64,000 bases of DNA, taken from positions 2,480,001 through 2,544,000 of the forward strand of contig CM059441.1 of assembly GCA_030390025.1 (NCBI GenBank). Direction: 5' to 3'. The position numbers and the translations under genes were made by a program. This document shows positions 49,786 through 61,789 of the stretch, piece by piece. The notes beneath the pieces are model-generated. The model searched no databases. It saw only the letters and a list, made by a program, of their open reading frames with translations, and was not told where the DNA came from. Source of the stretch: Squalus acanthias (Eukaryota). How positions within the stretch are numbered: the stretch's first letter is position 1; each line of letters opens with the position of its first letter.

Positions 49786-51410
49786 CAACAACAACAACAA
49801 CAACTTGTATTTATATAGCGCCTTTAACATAGTAAAATGTCCCAAGGTGCTGTACAGGAGTATTTTAAGACAAAAAATTTGACACCGATCCACATAAGGA
49901 TAAATTAGGGCAGATGACCAAAAGCTTGGTCAAGGAGGTAGGTTTTAAGGAGCATCTTAAAGGAGGAAAGAGAGGTAGCGAGGTGGAGAGGTTTAGACAG
50001 GGAATTCCAGAGCTTAGGGCCTAGGCAACAGAAGGCACAGCCACCAATGGTTGAGCGATTATGTTCAGGGATGCTCAAGAGGCCAGAATTAGAGAAGCGC
50101 AGATATTTCGGGGGGTTGTGGGGCTGAAGGAGATTACAGAGATAGGAAGGGGCGAGGCAATAGAGGGATTTGAAAACAAGGATGAGAATTTTGAAATCAA
50201 GGCGCTGCTTAACCGGGAGCCAATGTAGGTCAGCGAGCACAGGGGTGATGGGTGAACGGGACTTGGTGCGGATTAGGACACGGGCAGCCGAGTTTTGGAT
50301 GACCTCAAGTTTATGTAGGGTGGAATGTGGGAGGCCAGCCAGGAGTGCGTTGGAATAGTGAAGTCGCGAGGTATCAAAGGCATGGATGAAGGTTTCAGCA
50401 GCGGATGAGCTGAGGCAAGGGCGGAGACGGGGCGATGTTACGGAGGTGGAAGTAGGTGGTCTTAGTTATGCTGCGGATATGTGGTCGGAAGCTCATTTCA
50501 GCGTCAAATATGACACCAAGGTTGCGAACAGTGTGGTTCAGCCTCAGACAGATGTTAGGGAAAGGGATGGAGTCAGTGGCTGGGAACGGAGTTTGTGGCG
50601 GGGACCGAAAAGAATGGCTTCGGTCTTCCCAATATTTAATTGGAGAAAATTTTTGCTCATCCAGAACTGTATGTTGGACAAGCAGTCTGACAATTTAGAC
50701 ACCATGGAGGGGTCGAGAGAAAAGATAGTGAGGTAGAGCTGGGTGTCGTCAGCGTACATGCGGAAACTGACACTGTGTTTTCAGATGATGTCACCAAGGG
50801 GCAACATGTAGATGAGAAATAGGAGGGGGCCAAGGATAAATCCCTGGGGGACACCAGAGGTAACGATGCGGGAGCGGAAAGAAAAGCCATTGCAGGTGAT
50901 TCTCTGGTTACGATTAGATAGAGAAGAATGGAACCAGGCGAGTGCAGTCCCACCCAGCTGGACGACGGTGGAGAGGCGTTGGAGAAGGATGGAATGGTCA
51001 ACTGTGTCAAAGGCTGCAGACAAGTCAAGAAGGACAAGGAGGGATAGTTTACCTTTGTCACAGTCACAAAGGATGTCATTTATGACTTTGATGAGAGCCA
51101 TTTCGGTACTGTGACAAGGGTGGAAACCTGATTGGAGGGATTCAAACATGGAATTGCGAGAAAGATGGGCACGGATTTGGGAGGCAACAACACATTCAAG
51201 GGGGGAACCTTAGAGGAAGTTTGGCCCGGTGGGCTAGGGAAAGGAAGGGAAGTGGCAGAGGCAGCTGAACGGATTGTCTCAATCTTAGAGAAGAAGAAGT
51301 CCATGAGCTTCTCACACTTGCTGTTGGAGGTGAGGGTGATGGAGACAGGGGAGAGGGGTTTAAGAAGACGGTTAGCAGTAGAGAATAGGAGCAACATAAA
51401 TGCAGAGGGA
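49786..51410 (-). mobile_element. L2 LINE, 5'-truncated with internal deletions, (TTG)n tail
   Basis: LQSGF..HSTE, LDLSAAFDTVDH, GVPQG, YADDTQLY, LHWLPVKQRLDFK. Confidence 0.9.
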
Positions 51411-51599
51411 CAGCCATGTATAAAGGAATTGTCAGGACAATGGGGTATATTTTTTTATTTGGTGGGCTTCCCCCTCATCCACTAGCGATAGCATCTAAAC
51501 AGAAAGGTATAGTCACGTGGGTGAAGTCCTTGGTATCCTGTGACTGGAGGTGCTACATTTTTCAAAAAAACAGCCTGTCAGCTTCTGCACTGCTATGTG

Positions 51600-51910
51600 C
51601 TGGAAATGATTCTAATATATTCATTAGCATATCAAAACAGAACATCTGCGATATGGTTAATGCAGCTATGAACCGAAAACAAATTGTTTCTTGCCAAGTC
51701 TCCTGTTGTTGGCCGGAAGAGCAAAATAGTTGATTGCAATCATCACTTTTACTGATGCTGGCAACACAGTGCCAATATTGCCCCTTAGCTGCCCGTCTAT
51801 TTCCAGGGAACAGCACAATTGGTCTATGATTTTCTTGCATAGATATATCCCCTGCACATACTTTTCTCGGTAATGTTGAGTAGATGTGTCCAAAATAAAA
51901 CCTTTTTGTC
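51600..51910 (-). pseudogene. Harbinger transposase N-terminal remnant
   Basis: LPASVKVMIAINYFA...ISQ. Confidence 0.45.
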
Positions 51911-52652
51911 AATGATAGACTGTTTATTGGATTCTGTCACGGATAATGTGTCGATTAGGGTTAAAATTAAATACTGCTAGCTGATTCATTAAGCTGCAGA
52001 AAATATAAATTATGGTCTGAAGGCAGTGATGTTAAGATGTTTACCCACTTGCTGTAATTATTGCTGAATAATTGGCATTTTTTATATTGCTCCTAAATTA
52101 TGAGATGGCCATTATTCTTGGATGTGACCTAATGAGTTTTTCCAAATTATTTGGAACAGATCAAATGTGTCAAGTCATTCAATTCAAATGCAAGCATCCT
52201 AAGGGGATGTTTACAGTACATGTTTGTTTGGCAGCTGTATTGTGTCAGCTATTCAGGTCCTGTCAATGTCTGACCATCTAAATGTAGTTATGAGAAATAT
52301 AGTTTTAATGCCATTCGTTCTAGGATATCGTCAAAGGAAATTGGAGCTGTAGTTTGGGAGAGATTACACAAAGGCCACAGTCAGCCTACAGAGCCATCGA
52401 GGTACAAAGCTCATGAGAGGACTCAAGTGTATAGCACAGGAGAAGTGTTTTTGTTGCTTTTGGTATTTTGAAGAGATTAGTAAAGTTTTTAATTATTAAA
52501 AATGTACTGTTTGTACTCGAAATTAAATTAGAAAAATCAGCTGGACCCAGTTAGATCCTACTGAGTACCAATCATTTATCTACTTAATGTTCATAAATTT
52601 GCCCAGTGGATTTTTTCAAGATTGTGTTGCTATCAGGTATCTTTGAAATATT

Positions 52653-54263
52653 GGCCTGGATTTTGCGGTCAGCGGCGATCGAATGGTGCCAGCTGTTTAT
52701 TACACTTACACTTGCCCACAGACTTTCGATGAGCCTTTGCACTGGAACTTGTGGTGATTAGAAATGCATTTCAGCACGGCGCCCTCTATAGGGGGTCTGG
52801 GACAAGTGTGAACCAGGCAAGTGACTGTGTATCTCCTTAACCAATCAGACTGAAGAATCCTCATTGAGACATGCAGGCGGGAATTTTCCCAGCCCTGGAG
52901 AGGCGGGTATGGAGGCGGGACTGCCGGGTAAATGGCAGAAACTGGGAGTGGGTACCGAACCCGCTCCCAACCCGCCTCCATGCCATCTTCCCGGGAGGCG
53001 GGTCCCCGACTCGCGCAGGGACCCGTCTCCTCGAGGCGGTAAGGGGATTACAGCCAATTACAGGTAGTTAACAGGCAGTTTTGAGGCTTATTCCCATTTT
53101 ACCCCTGCAAGTGCGGGCTTCCTGACGTCGGGAAGCCACGCCAGGGTCAGTGAGGCGAGCAGTGGGTCTGCGGGGGTGAGAGGGATCGAAAAGTCCACTG
53201 TGGAGGTGAGTGATGGGTGCAAGTGTGGAGAGGTAAGTATGAGAGGTGAGTGTAAAGTGTTAGAAAAAGTTTCCTTACCTTTGCTTCTTCCTGCAGGCTT
53301 CAACCCTTGGGGATCCGGAGGTTCCTCATCTCAATGGCAGAGATGACAGAATCGCTGCTGCATTCTCAGATGCAGCAGCCATCTGATTTCTGCTGAGGAA
53401 CTAGGTTTTGGTGAGCCTTCAGTGCAAGGGCTCACCATAGAACAGAGATTGTCAGTGTTTGAAAGCTTCTCTAAGCTGTCAAACGCTGACAATAAATTTT
53501 TGACAGATGAAACGTCATACGCTGATGTCCTCTGTCACCGGCTTTCCCTTAATTGGCCTGCTAAGCCCGCAGGGAAGGCTTATCAAGGGCAATCAAGGGA
53601 AAATAGCGTGGGTTGGCCGGACGTCGTTGGGGGCGAGACTGAAACCCGACAATCAGCAGTCCCGCCCCAACGCGCCCCCATTGACAAAACCCAGCCCGCA
53701 GAGTCTGAACCAGGAAGTATAAGTTAAAATATAAGTATAAGTTAAAAATTCAATGTCAAATCATGTACAGAAAGCAAAATAAAGAGAGCGAAAGAAAGAT
53801 GGGATTTAGAGAGAGAGATAAAAGAGACAGAAAGAAAAAGTTTTAAAAAATTACATCTTTTAATTTTTTTAAGTCTCCAGCAATAATTAAAATCTGAAAG
53901 AATGAGACTTCACTCTTGTAAAAGTAAATTTTCAGTGCCAGGGGGGATGTTTGGCAGCAATTAAGACTTATCACACCATTAAAAATTCACACACTTGAAT
54001 GGACAAGCCCGAACATTTTCTGGCAAGTTTAGTGGGTATCCATCCATCACTTAAGTACAGCAAATTCCTGCCCTTCCATGTATCGGCGAGATACTGTTCT
54101 AGCGAAGCTTCTGGAGGAGCAGGGCAACTCAGACAGCAACATCCTGATTTCTGCATTTAACTGCGCACGTGCGGTCGCCGTATGTTGCTGACCAATTGAC
54201 TCTTTAATAACGCTGAGCGCTGATCGCCTCACCATCGTTAAGTTTACCACAAAATAAGGGCCA
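52653..54263. mobile_element. Harbinger-type MITE hosting a second MITE
   Basis: GGCCTGGATTTTGCGG and CCACAAAATAAGGGCC ends, ATT/AAT flanks. Confidence 0.7.
52876..53697 (-). mobile_element. Intact Harbinger-type MITE (family of 12890)
   Basis: GCA TSD at 52873-52875 and 53698-53700; colinear with the 12890 copy. Confidence 0.85.
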
Positions 54264-54868
54264 ATATATTGTATAAATGGATATAAGTCAAGACATATAT
54301 TAGTTGCTTTTGATTTTATCCAATATTGCACAACTTGGAATGGTTATGGTCTTATTATTACAGCTTCTTCTGTTCACATTAGGAAATCCTTCAAACTTAA
54401 ATTGATTGAAGAGCAGTAATTAGGAGCGGGTGCTAGGAAAGCTAAACAGAGATTCAAGAATGAGACAAGCACAAAACAGAGACAGGTGCATGTAATAGAT
54501 TAGTAAGCCAGGAAAAAGATAGAGATGCTTAGAAGAAAGTGAGTGGCTGTCAGCTAACAAGTCAGTAGTTGGAGATGTGTAGTGATGTTGCAAAATAGTT
54601 CCAGCAGATAAGGTCCATAATTCATTGCTGTAAACCTCTGGGCTGTGTGATAACCCTCTCTTTTCAATGCCACTGTTTGCCTTCACCATTCGCCTCATGC
54701 TTCTTAACACTAATGCAAAATTTCCCTTCATAGTTTTATTTTTCTTGCTTTCTTAAACATTGTGCAATGCATTGCACAGACTCCTTACTCTTTCGAAAGT
54801 ATTTTTTCTAAAAATGTCAAACTTTCAAAGTTTTAACATTAATAATGGAGACGGTAACAGTTATATAT

Positions 54869-55333
54869 AGAAAGAAAAGAAAGACTTGCATTTATATAGC
54901 GCCTTTCATGACCACCAGATGTCCCAAAGCGCTTTACAGCCAATGAAGTACTTTTGGAGTGTAGTCACTGTTGTAATGTGGGAAAGGCGGCAGCCAATTT
55001 GCGCACAGCAAGCTCCCACAAACAGCAATGCGATAATGACCAGATAATCTGTTTTGGTTATGTTGATTGAGGGATAAATATTGGCCACAACACCGGGGAT
55101 AACTCCCCTGCTCTTCTTCGAAATAGTGCCATGGGATCTTTTACGTCCACCTGAGAGAGCAGACAGGGCCTCAGTTTAACGTCTCATTTGAAAGACGGTA
55201 CCTCCAACAGTGTAGCACTCCCTCAGCACTGAACTGGAGTGTCAGCCTAGATTTATGTGCTCAAGTCCCTGGAGTGGGACTTGAACCCACAACCTTCTCA
55301 CTCAGAGGCGAGTGTGCTACCCACTGAGCTACA
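54869..55333 (-). mobile_element. Full-length SacSINE1-like DeuSINE
   Basis: Reverse-complement match to 36520-36990. Confidence 0.85.
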
Positions 55334-55524
55334 TAAGTATCATAGTTATTACATTGATACTTAATTATCTTTAGTTTATGTTAAATAGGTTTCTAATTTG
55401 TTTACACATCTCTCTTTCCAACAGTCTTTTATTTTTTATTTCTCTCAGTAAACCATACATTAGGAAAAACTCATATCATAATGTAAGTCCATAAATAGAA
55501 TAGAGCAGATTGAATGCATTCTGG

Positions 55525-56010
55525 TATGAGGAGGTTTACCAGGATGTTACCAGGAATGAGGGACTTCAGTTATGAGGAGAAGTTGGAAAAGTTAGGACTG
55601 TTCTCCTTGGAACAGAGAAGGTTAAGAGGTGACCTAATAGAGGTTTTCAAGATGATGAGAGGTTTTCATCGAGTAAATTGGGAAAAAATATTCCCTCTGG
55701 CGAGTTGGTTAATAACTAGAGGTCATAGATTCAAAATCATTGGAAAAAGATCTAGAGGGGAGATGAGGAGAATTTTTTTCACTCAGAGAGTTGTGAGGAT
55801 CTGGAACGCTCGACCTGAAAAGGTGGTGGAAGCGGATTCCATAAATAATTTTAAAAGGGAGTTGGACAGGTACTTGAGGAGAAACTTACAGGGTTACGGA
55901 CAAAAAGCGGGGATGTGGGACTGAGCACGACTGCTCTTTCAAAGAGTCAGCACAGGCACGACGGGCCGAATGGCCTCCTTCTGTGCTGTAAGTTTCTATG
56001 AATCTATGAA
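55525..56010 (+). mobile_element. CR1 3' fragment with (TCTATGAA)n tail
   Basis: RRFTRMLPGM..RRLRGDLIEVFK. Confidence 0.9.
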
Positions 56011-56029
56011 TCTCTGGTATCTTTTAAGG

Positions 56030-56560
56030 AACTGAGCGTAGAAATAGACAGGCTCTCCTTAATAACTATAGGAGCTCCTTAAATGTGGAGTAGTACCCAA
56101 GGGAGGAAGATAGCAAATACTATCCCATTATTCAGGAAAATTGAGAGAAATTAACCAGAAAATTATAGATCAATTAGTATAACATTAGAACATTTTACAA
56201 CATGCATCATTGTTCATCTAAAGACCCTTGAAGCCATAAAGAGCAATAAGTGTCATTTTAGAAGAAATTGTTCTTTATGAATCTATTGGAATTCTTTAGG
56301 GAATTAAATGAATTAGTAGATATAATTTACTTGGCGTTTCAGAAGACATTTGATAAAGTTCTATACTTCTGAGGCTTTTAATACAGAAAAGGCCCCATGG
56401 AATCAATGGCACATTAGCTAACTTGATTTAAAATCGTTTTGGTAAAAGTGATAATGCATGGACTAGGTTTTGCCTGGGGTTACTGGTTGAGTTACACAGC
56501 AGTTTCTCTGCTGTTTACATAATTTGGACAATGATATAGAGGAGGGTAATCCTAGAAATA
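56030..56560 (+). mobile_element. Very old CR1 RT remnant
   Basis: Decayed NYRSISIT and FQKTFDKV motifs. Confidence 0.55.
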
Positions 56561-56649
56561 ATGATAGGGTATTTGATTATGTGACCAAACTATATGGCTA
56601 GGTATCCCTGCTCCCCACCCACCCACCCACCCAAGTGAAAGCTTGCATC

Positions 56650-58797
56650 CGCTTAAACAAAGGCAATTATAATGGCATGAGGGCAGAACTGGCTAAAGTG
56701 GACTGGAAAAACAAATTAAAGGGTAAGAAAGTTGAAATGCAGTGGCGGACATTTCAGGAGATATTTCATAACTCTCAACAAAAATATATTTCAGTGAGGA
56801 AGAAAGATTTTAAGAGACGGGAGCAGCATCTGTGGCTAAGTAAGGAAGTAAAGGATGGTATCAAATTGAAATCGAAGGCATACAATGTTGCCAAGATTGG
56901 TGGGAGACCAGAGGATTGGGAATTTTTTTAAACCAGCAAAGGATGACTCAAATAATAAAGAGAGAGAGATGAATTATGAGAGTAAGCTGGCAAGAAACAT
57001 TAAAACAGATAGTAAGAGCTTCTACAGGTATATAAAAAGGAAGAGCGTAGCTAAAGTAAACGTTGGTCCCTTAGAGGATGAGACTGGGGAATTAATAATG
57101 GGGAACGGGGAAATGGCAGAAACTCTGAACAAATATTTTGCATCTGTCTTCACTGTAGAAGACACTAACAACATCCCAATAATGGATAATCAAGGGGCCA
57201 CAGGGAGTGGGGAACTAAAGACAATCACTATCACTAAGGAAATAGTACTCGGTAATATAATGGGACTAAAAGACGACAAGTCCCCTGGACCAGATGGCCT
57301 GCATCCCAGGGTCTTAAAAGAAGTGGCTGCAGAGATAGTGATGCATTGGTTGCAATATACCAAAGTTCCCTGGACTCTGGAGAGGTCCCAGCGGATTGGA
57401 AAACCGCTAATGTAACACCCCTATTTAAGAAAGGAGGGAGACAGAAAGCAGGAAACTATAGACCAGTTAGCCTAACATCTGTCGTTGGGAAAATGCTGGA
57501 GTCCTTCATTAAGGAAGCAGTAGCAGGGCATTTAGAAAAATATACTGCAGCCAAACAGAGTCAGCATGGTTTTAGGAAAGGGAAATCATGTGTAACAAAT
57601 TTGCTGGAGTTCTTTGAAGATGTAACAAGCAGGGTGGACAAGGGTGAGCCAGTGGATGTGGTGTATTTGGATTTCCAGAAGGCATTCGATAAGGTGCCAC
57701 ATAAAGGGTTACTGCATAAGATAAGAGCTCATGGAGTTGGGGGTAATATATTAGCATGGATAGAGGATTGGCTAACTAACAGAAAGCAGAGAGTCGGGAT
57801 AAATGGGTCTTTTTCCAGTTGGCAAGCAGTAACTAGTGGGGTGCCACAGGGATCGGAGCTGGGGCCCCAACTATTTACAATCTACATTAATGACTTGGAT
57901 GAAGGGATTGAGTGTAATGTAGCCAAGTTTGTGGATGATACAAAGATGGGTGGGAAAGCAAGTTGTGCAGAGGACTCAAAGAATCTGCAAAGGGATAAAG
58001 ACAGGCTAGGTGAGTGGGCAAACATTTGGCAGATGGAGTATAATGTGAGAAAGTGCGAGGTTATCTACTTTGGCAGGAAAATTAAAAAAGCAAACTATTA
58101 TTTAAATGGAGAGAGATTACAAAATGCTACCGTTCAGAGGGACCTGGGGGTTCTTGTGCTTGAAACACAAAAAGTTAGCATGCAGGTAAAGCAAGTAATC
58201 AAAAAGGCAAATGGAATGTTGGCCTTTATTGCAAGGGGGTTGGAGTATAAAAGCAGGGAAGTCCTGCTACAACTGTACAGGGTATTGGTGAGACCACACC
58301 TTGAGTACTGCGTACAGTTTTGGTCTCCTTATTTAAGGAAGGATATACTTGCATTGGAGGCAGTTGAGAGACGATTCACTTGGTTAATTCCAGAGATGAG
58401 GGGTTTGACTTATGAGGAAAGGTTGAGCAGGCTGGGCCTATAATCATTGGAATTTAGAAGAATGAGAGGTGATCTTATCGTACATGTAAGATACTGAGGG
58501 GGCTCGACAGGGTAGATGCAGAGAGGATGTTTCCCCTCATGGGGAAATCTAGAACTCGGGGACACAGTCTCAGAATAAAGAGTCGCCCTTTTAGAACTGA
58601 GATGAGGAGGAACTTCTTCTCTCAGAGGGTCGTAAATTTGTGAAATTCTCTGCCCCAGAGAGCTGTGGAGGCTGGGTCATTAAATACATTTAAAGTGGGG
58701 ATAGACAAATTTTTGCAAGATAAGGGAGTGAAGGGTTATGGGGAGCGGGCTGGGAAGTGGCTTTGAGCCCAAGATCAGCCATGATCTTATTGAATGG
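56650..58797 (+). mobile_element. CR1 LINE (ORF2), interrupted in its 3' UTR by the ERV
   Basis: Frameshifted ORF2 pieces 56635-58443; UTR stops at ..tgaatgg where the LTR starts. Confidence 0.95.
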
Positions 58798-59396
58798 TGT
58801 GGAAGTGTATTTTTAGTTGGATATAAAATGGTTTCTCGGATACAATAAAATGGCTTCCTAAGACACAGAATATAAAATCTAAAATGGCCTACACAATGTC
58901 TGTTAGAAAGATTAGCCAATTGTTTATAGTTTCAACCTAATGAAGGAATTTCAGTTTGTAAACTGTTTTAATTGCCCCCAATAAATAATTTAGGATTGTA
59001 GATCAAAGAGGTTGACAAAGCTATGGTGTGAGTACTATCTCCCTTGAATTCTAGATGGTGTGGTGGCAGAAGTCACACGTCCCCTTTGGAGGGATTCTTG
59101 TTGTTTTAAATCTTTATGACCTCAAGAAAGACCTTTCATGTACAGTATATACAAATATCCTTTTAACTTGTTTTATAGGCACTATGCTGTCAATTAATGA
59201 TTTATTACCATGTCATGTGATATAGGAAGCTTGTATTGTTTCTGTGTATAAATTTCGAGCAGTTTTTGTATTTGCAGAGTGTCATCATAGTCTAGTTTTG
59301 ACTATGGTTGCATTCTCCTTGCAGCAAGTAAAATATTAAACTTCCTTTGACGATAACTTATGTTTTGAGTCTTACTCGGAAGTCGAAACTTCGACA
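58798..59396 (+). repeat. 5' LTR of endogenous retrovirus
   Basis: TGTGGAAGT...ACTTCGACA terminal inverted repeat (8/9), TATAAA near 59247, ATTAAA at 59335, followed by the PBS. Confidence 0.85.
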
Positions 59397-59404
59397 GTAT
59401 TACT

Positions 59405-59422
59405 TGGAGGTTCCACCGAGAT
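59405..59422 (+). promoter_or_regulatory. Primer binding site, tRNA-Gln
   Basis: TGGAGGTTCCACCGAGAT, the 18-nt complement of the tRNA-Gln 3' end. Confidence 0.9.
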
Positions 59423-59435
59423 CGCTTGCTACCTT

Positions 59436-59444
59436 TCGGTAAGT
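59436..59444 (+). promoter_or_regulatory. Candidate major splice donor of the ERV
   Basis: TCG|GTAAGT just 3' of the PBS. Confidence 0.55.
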
Positions 59445-60142
59445 CACGGACAAAGGACACCACAAATTTCTAGTGACAAATCCTGAATGGCCACAAGTGA
59501 TGTTTTATCACATAAAAAGGATTTCTCATTAGATACTAAATTGGTGCTGTCTGTTTCTTCCGACAGGGACACAGCGATCTGTAGGACTCGAGTTTTGGAT
59601 TTGAGTTGAATCCTGTAACTTTTGCTTCTTTTATTTCTAATGTTAAGAGGAGGGGGAGGATTTTGGTGGCTCAAGTTTCAAAACTATCGGGCAGAGGAGG
59701 TAAAAAAAAAAAAGTCGGCAGGGTTGTGTCCCGGACTAAAAGGTACCAGGTTATGAGAAAGCGCTAAAAGATTAAAACTGCAGTATCAAGGGTGGGTCCC
59801 TTGAGCCGGAGAAAAGAGTCTCGCGGCAGAAAGGTTTAGATAAGAAACCTTCATATATAGAGTATAAGTTAAATGTTAAGGACCCAGTTTGTAGTGGCGA
59901 ACAACGCAAACTGGGAATTGACTATTTGTTTAGCTTAAAGTATAAGGTTAAATGTTTGATTACTTGATTTGTTTGCCTGTTTGGGTTTTTTTGCGTTACT
60001 TATCATTGTCTTTATTGTTGTTAATTCTTGTTATTGTTTGTCATTTGTGGAGCTCCGAAGGGTTAATAATAATCGTAAAGGGGTAAAGGGTGAAATTTGC
60101 AATTCCGAAGACGAGTGCCTAGTATAACTAAACTTTACTAAG

Positions 60143-61789
60143 ATGGGAGCTTCACAGAGCAAGATCCCAGAAAAAGGAACTCCAGCCTTTTACATCTTCC
60201 AGAACTGTGGTTGGATGTCCACAAGGGATTTGCCTGATTGGTCCAAATGGACCAAGAATGGCAGACACCCGTTCCCCATTGATGGAACCTTTAATGTGGA
60301 TAGAATTACATGTCTGGAGGACTGTCTCATAAGTAGAGACCCACAAAGAAAAGGTAAAAAGTCAGTAAATTGGTCAGCCTTTTCAGACTGGAAAAAGGAA
60401 GCAGAAAGGCGTAAGGACCGTAGTATAGAAGCCAGTAGATCTGAAATTAAAAATAAGAGAAAAGAGCAAGAGCCGAGTGGTAAATTGGCTAAACAAGATG
60501 AAGTTAGACAAATGACTTTAAGACAAACCCCGAAGCCTACCGCTCAAACCTCTCTTTACCCTCCTTTACCCACGTCTCACTCAAGTGATGACGCGGATGA
60601 GGGATGGTACAGAAAACCTCCCGCATATGAAGAGCGACTACAGGGTACAGCGAATAGTGAAGTACCCGACCTCCAAAATGGAGATCAGGGGTCTAGCCCA
60701 GATCACACCACCGTTAACGGAGGTCCAAGTCATTATACCAGATCCCACACAGTCCGCAATATGCATCCGCTCAGACGGTTCCCCAATGTCCACGAGTCTG
60801 ACGGAGATCCAGTCGTTGTCCATCGCCCATGGACAGCTTCCGAGCTACGGACAATAATCCACGAGTTACCGAACCCCTCAGAGGATTTAGAAAAAGCAAT
60901 TAGTGAGCTCAAAAGCACCATTATTTGCCATCAGCCCACTATTGTGGACGTTGACCAGCTACTCAGGGCTTGGTTAAAAGATTCCAGATACCGCCTTCTA
61001 ACAGAAGGCGAAGATAGTTTCAAAGATATTAACGATCATAAAACAAACAGGGGATGGAATCCAGAAACACTACCAAATGATCAATTCTGGACCGAATTGT
61101 ATAGAGTAATGCATATTAAATTCCCAAAAAGAACTAATTGGACAAAAATAATTGAGACAACTCAGAAAAAGGACGAAGACGTTGAGGATTATATAGAAAG
61201 AATAGAAGCAGTTATGGGGCAGCATTCTGGAATGACCAAAGAAAATTACCAGATTCCTTTAATCAATGCCCTTGTAAATGGTCTCAGAGCGGAACTTAAA
61301 GAACCACTGACTCTCGTCTGCCTAGATTGGAGACATAAAACAACTCCTGAGTTAACACAAATTCTAAAAGGAATTCAGGAGAGAAATAGAGACCAAAAGA
61401 ACAAGGTTTCCCTCTTAATGGAACAAGCAGCTTTTGCAGCCCCGACTGCCCAGACAACCATTTATTATCAGGGTCAATACAGAGGACAAGGCAGAGGGAA
61501 TAACAGGGGTAGATTTAAAGGAAGAGGTAGAGGAGGGACAGGCAGAGGCCAGTGGAACGGAGGAGGTGCAAACTCTCCATGTTTTAACTGTGGTCAGATC
61601 GGACACTGGAAGGCTAACTGCCCGTTCCCCAAGCAGCAAAGTCAAGGCTGGGGAGGTGCACCAAACGATGTAGATACCCAAGCCCAGGTTTACACTCGTC
61701 CGCAGGCAGGTTTTACAACAGGGAACCCTTGGGGAGGTCAAAATATGGAAGGACAATTTGGATCCCCATGGCAAAATTATTCAAAATGA
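60143..61789 (+). CDS. gag: Retroviral Gag polyprotein, 548 aa
   Basis: MGASQS myristoylation signal, FPIDGTF, LYPPL and PPAY late-domain motifs, MHR-like QKKDEDVEDYIERI, RG-rich tract, CFNCGQIGHWKANC zinc knuckle. Confidence 0.95.
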   Translation: MGASQSKIPEKGTPAFYIFQNCGWMSTRDLPDWSKWTKNGRHPFPIDGTFNVDRITCLEDCLISRDPQRKGKKSVNWSAFSDWKKEAERRKDRSIEASRSEIKNKRKEQEPSGKLAKQDEVRQMTLRQTPKPTAQTSLYPPLPTSHSSDDADEGWYRKPPAYEERLQGTANSEVPDLQNGDQGSSPDHTTVNGGPSHYTRSHTVRNMHPLRRFPNVHESDGDPVVVHRPWTASELRTIIHELPNPSEDLEKAISELKSTIICHQPTIVDVDQLLRAWLKDSRYRLLTEGEDSFKDINDHKTNRGWNPETLPNDQFWTELYRVMHIKFPKRTNWTKIIETTQKKDEDVEDYIERIEAVMGQHSGMTKENYQIPLINALVNGLRAELKEPLTLVCLDWRHKTTPELTQILKGIQERNRDQKNKVSLLMEQAAFAAPTAQTTIYYQGQYRGQGRGNNRGRFKGRGRGGTGRGQWNGGGANSPCFNCGQIGHWKANCPFPKQQSQGWGGAPNDVDTQAQVYTRPQAGFTTGNPWGGQNMEGQFGSPWQNYSK

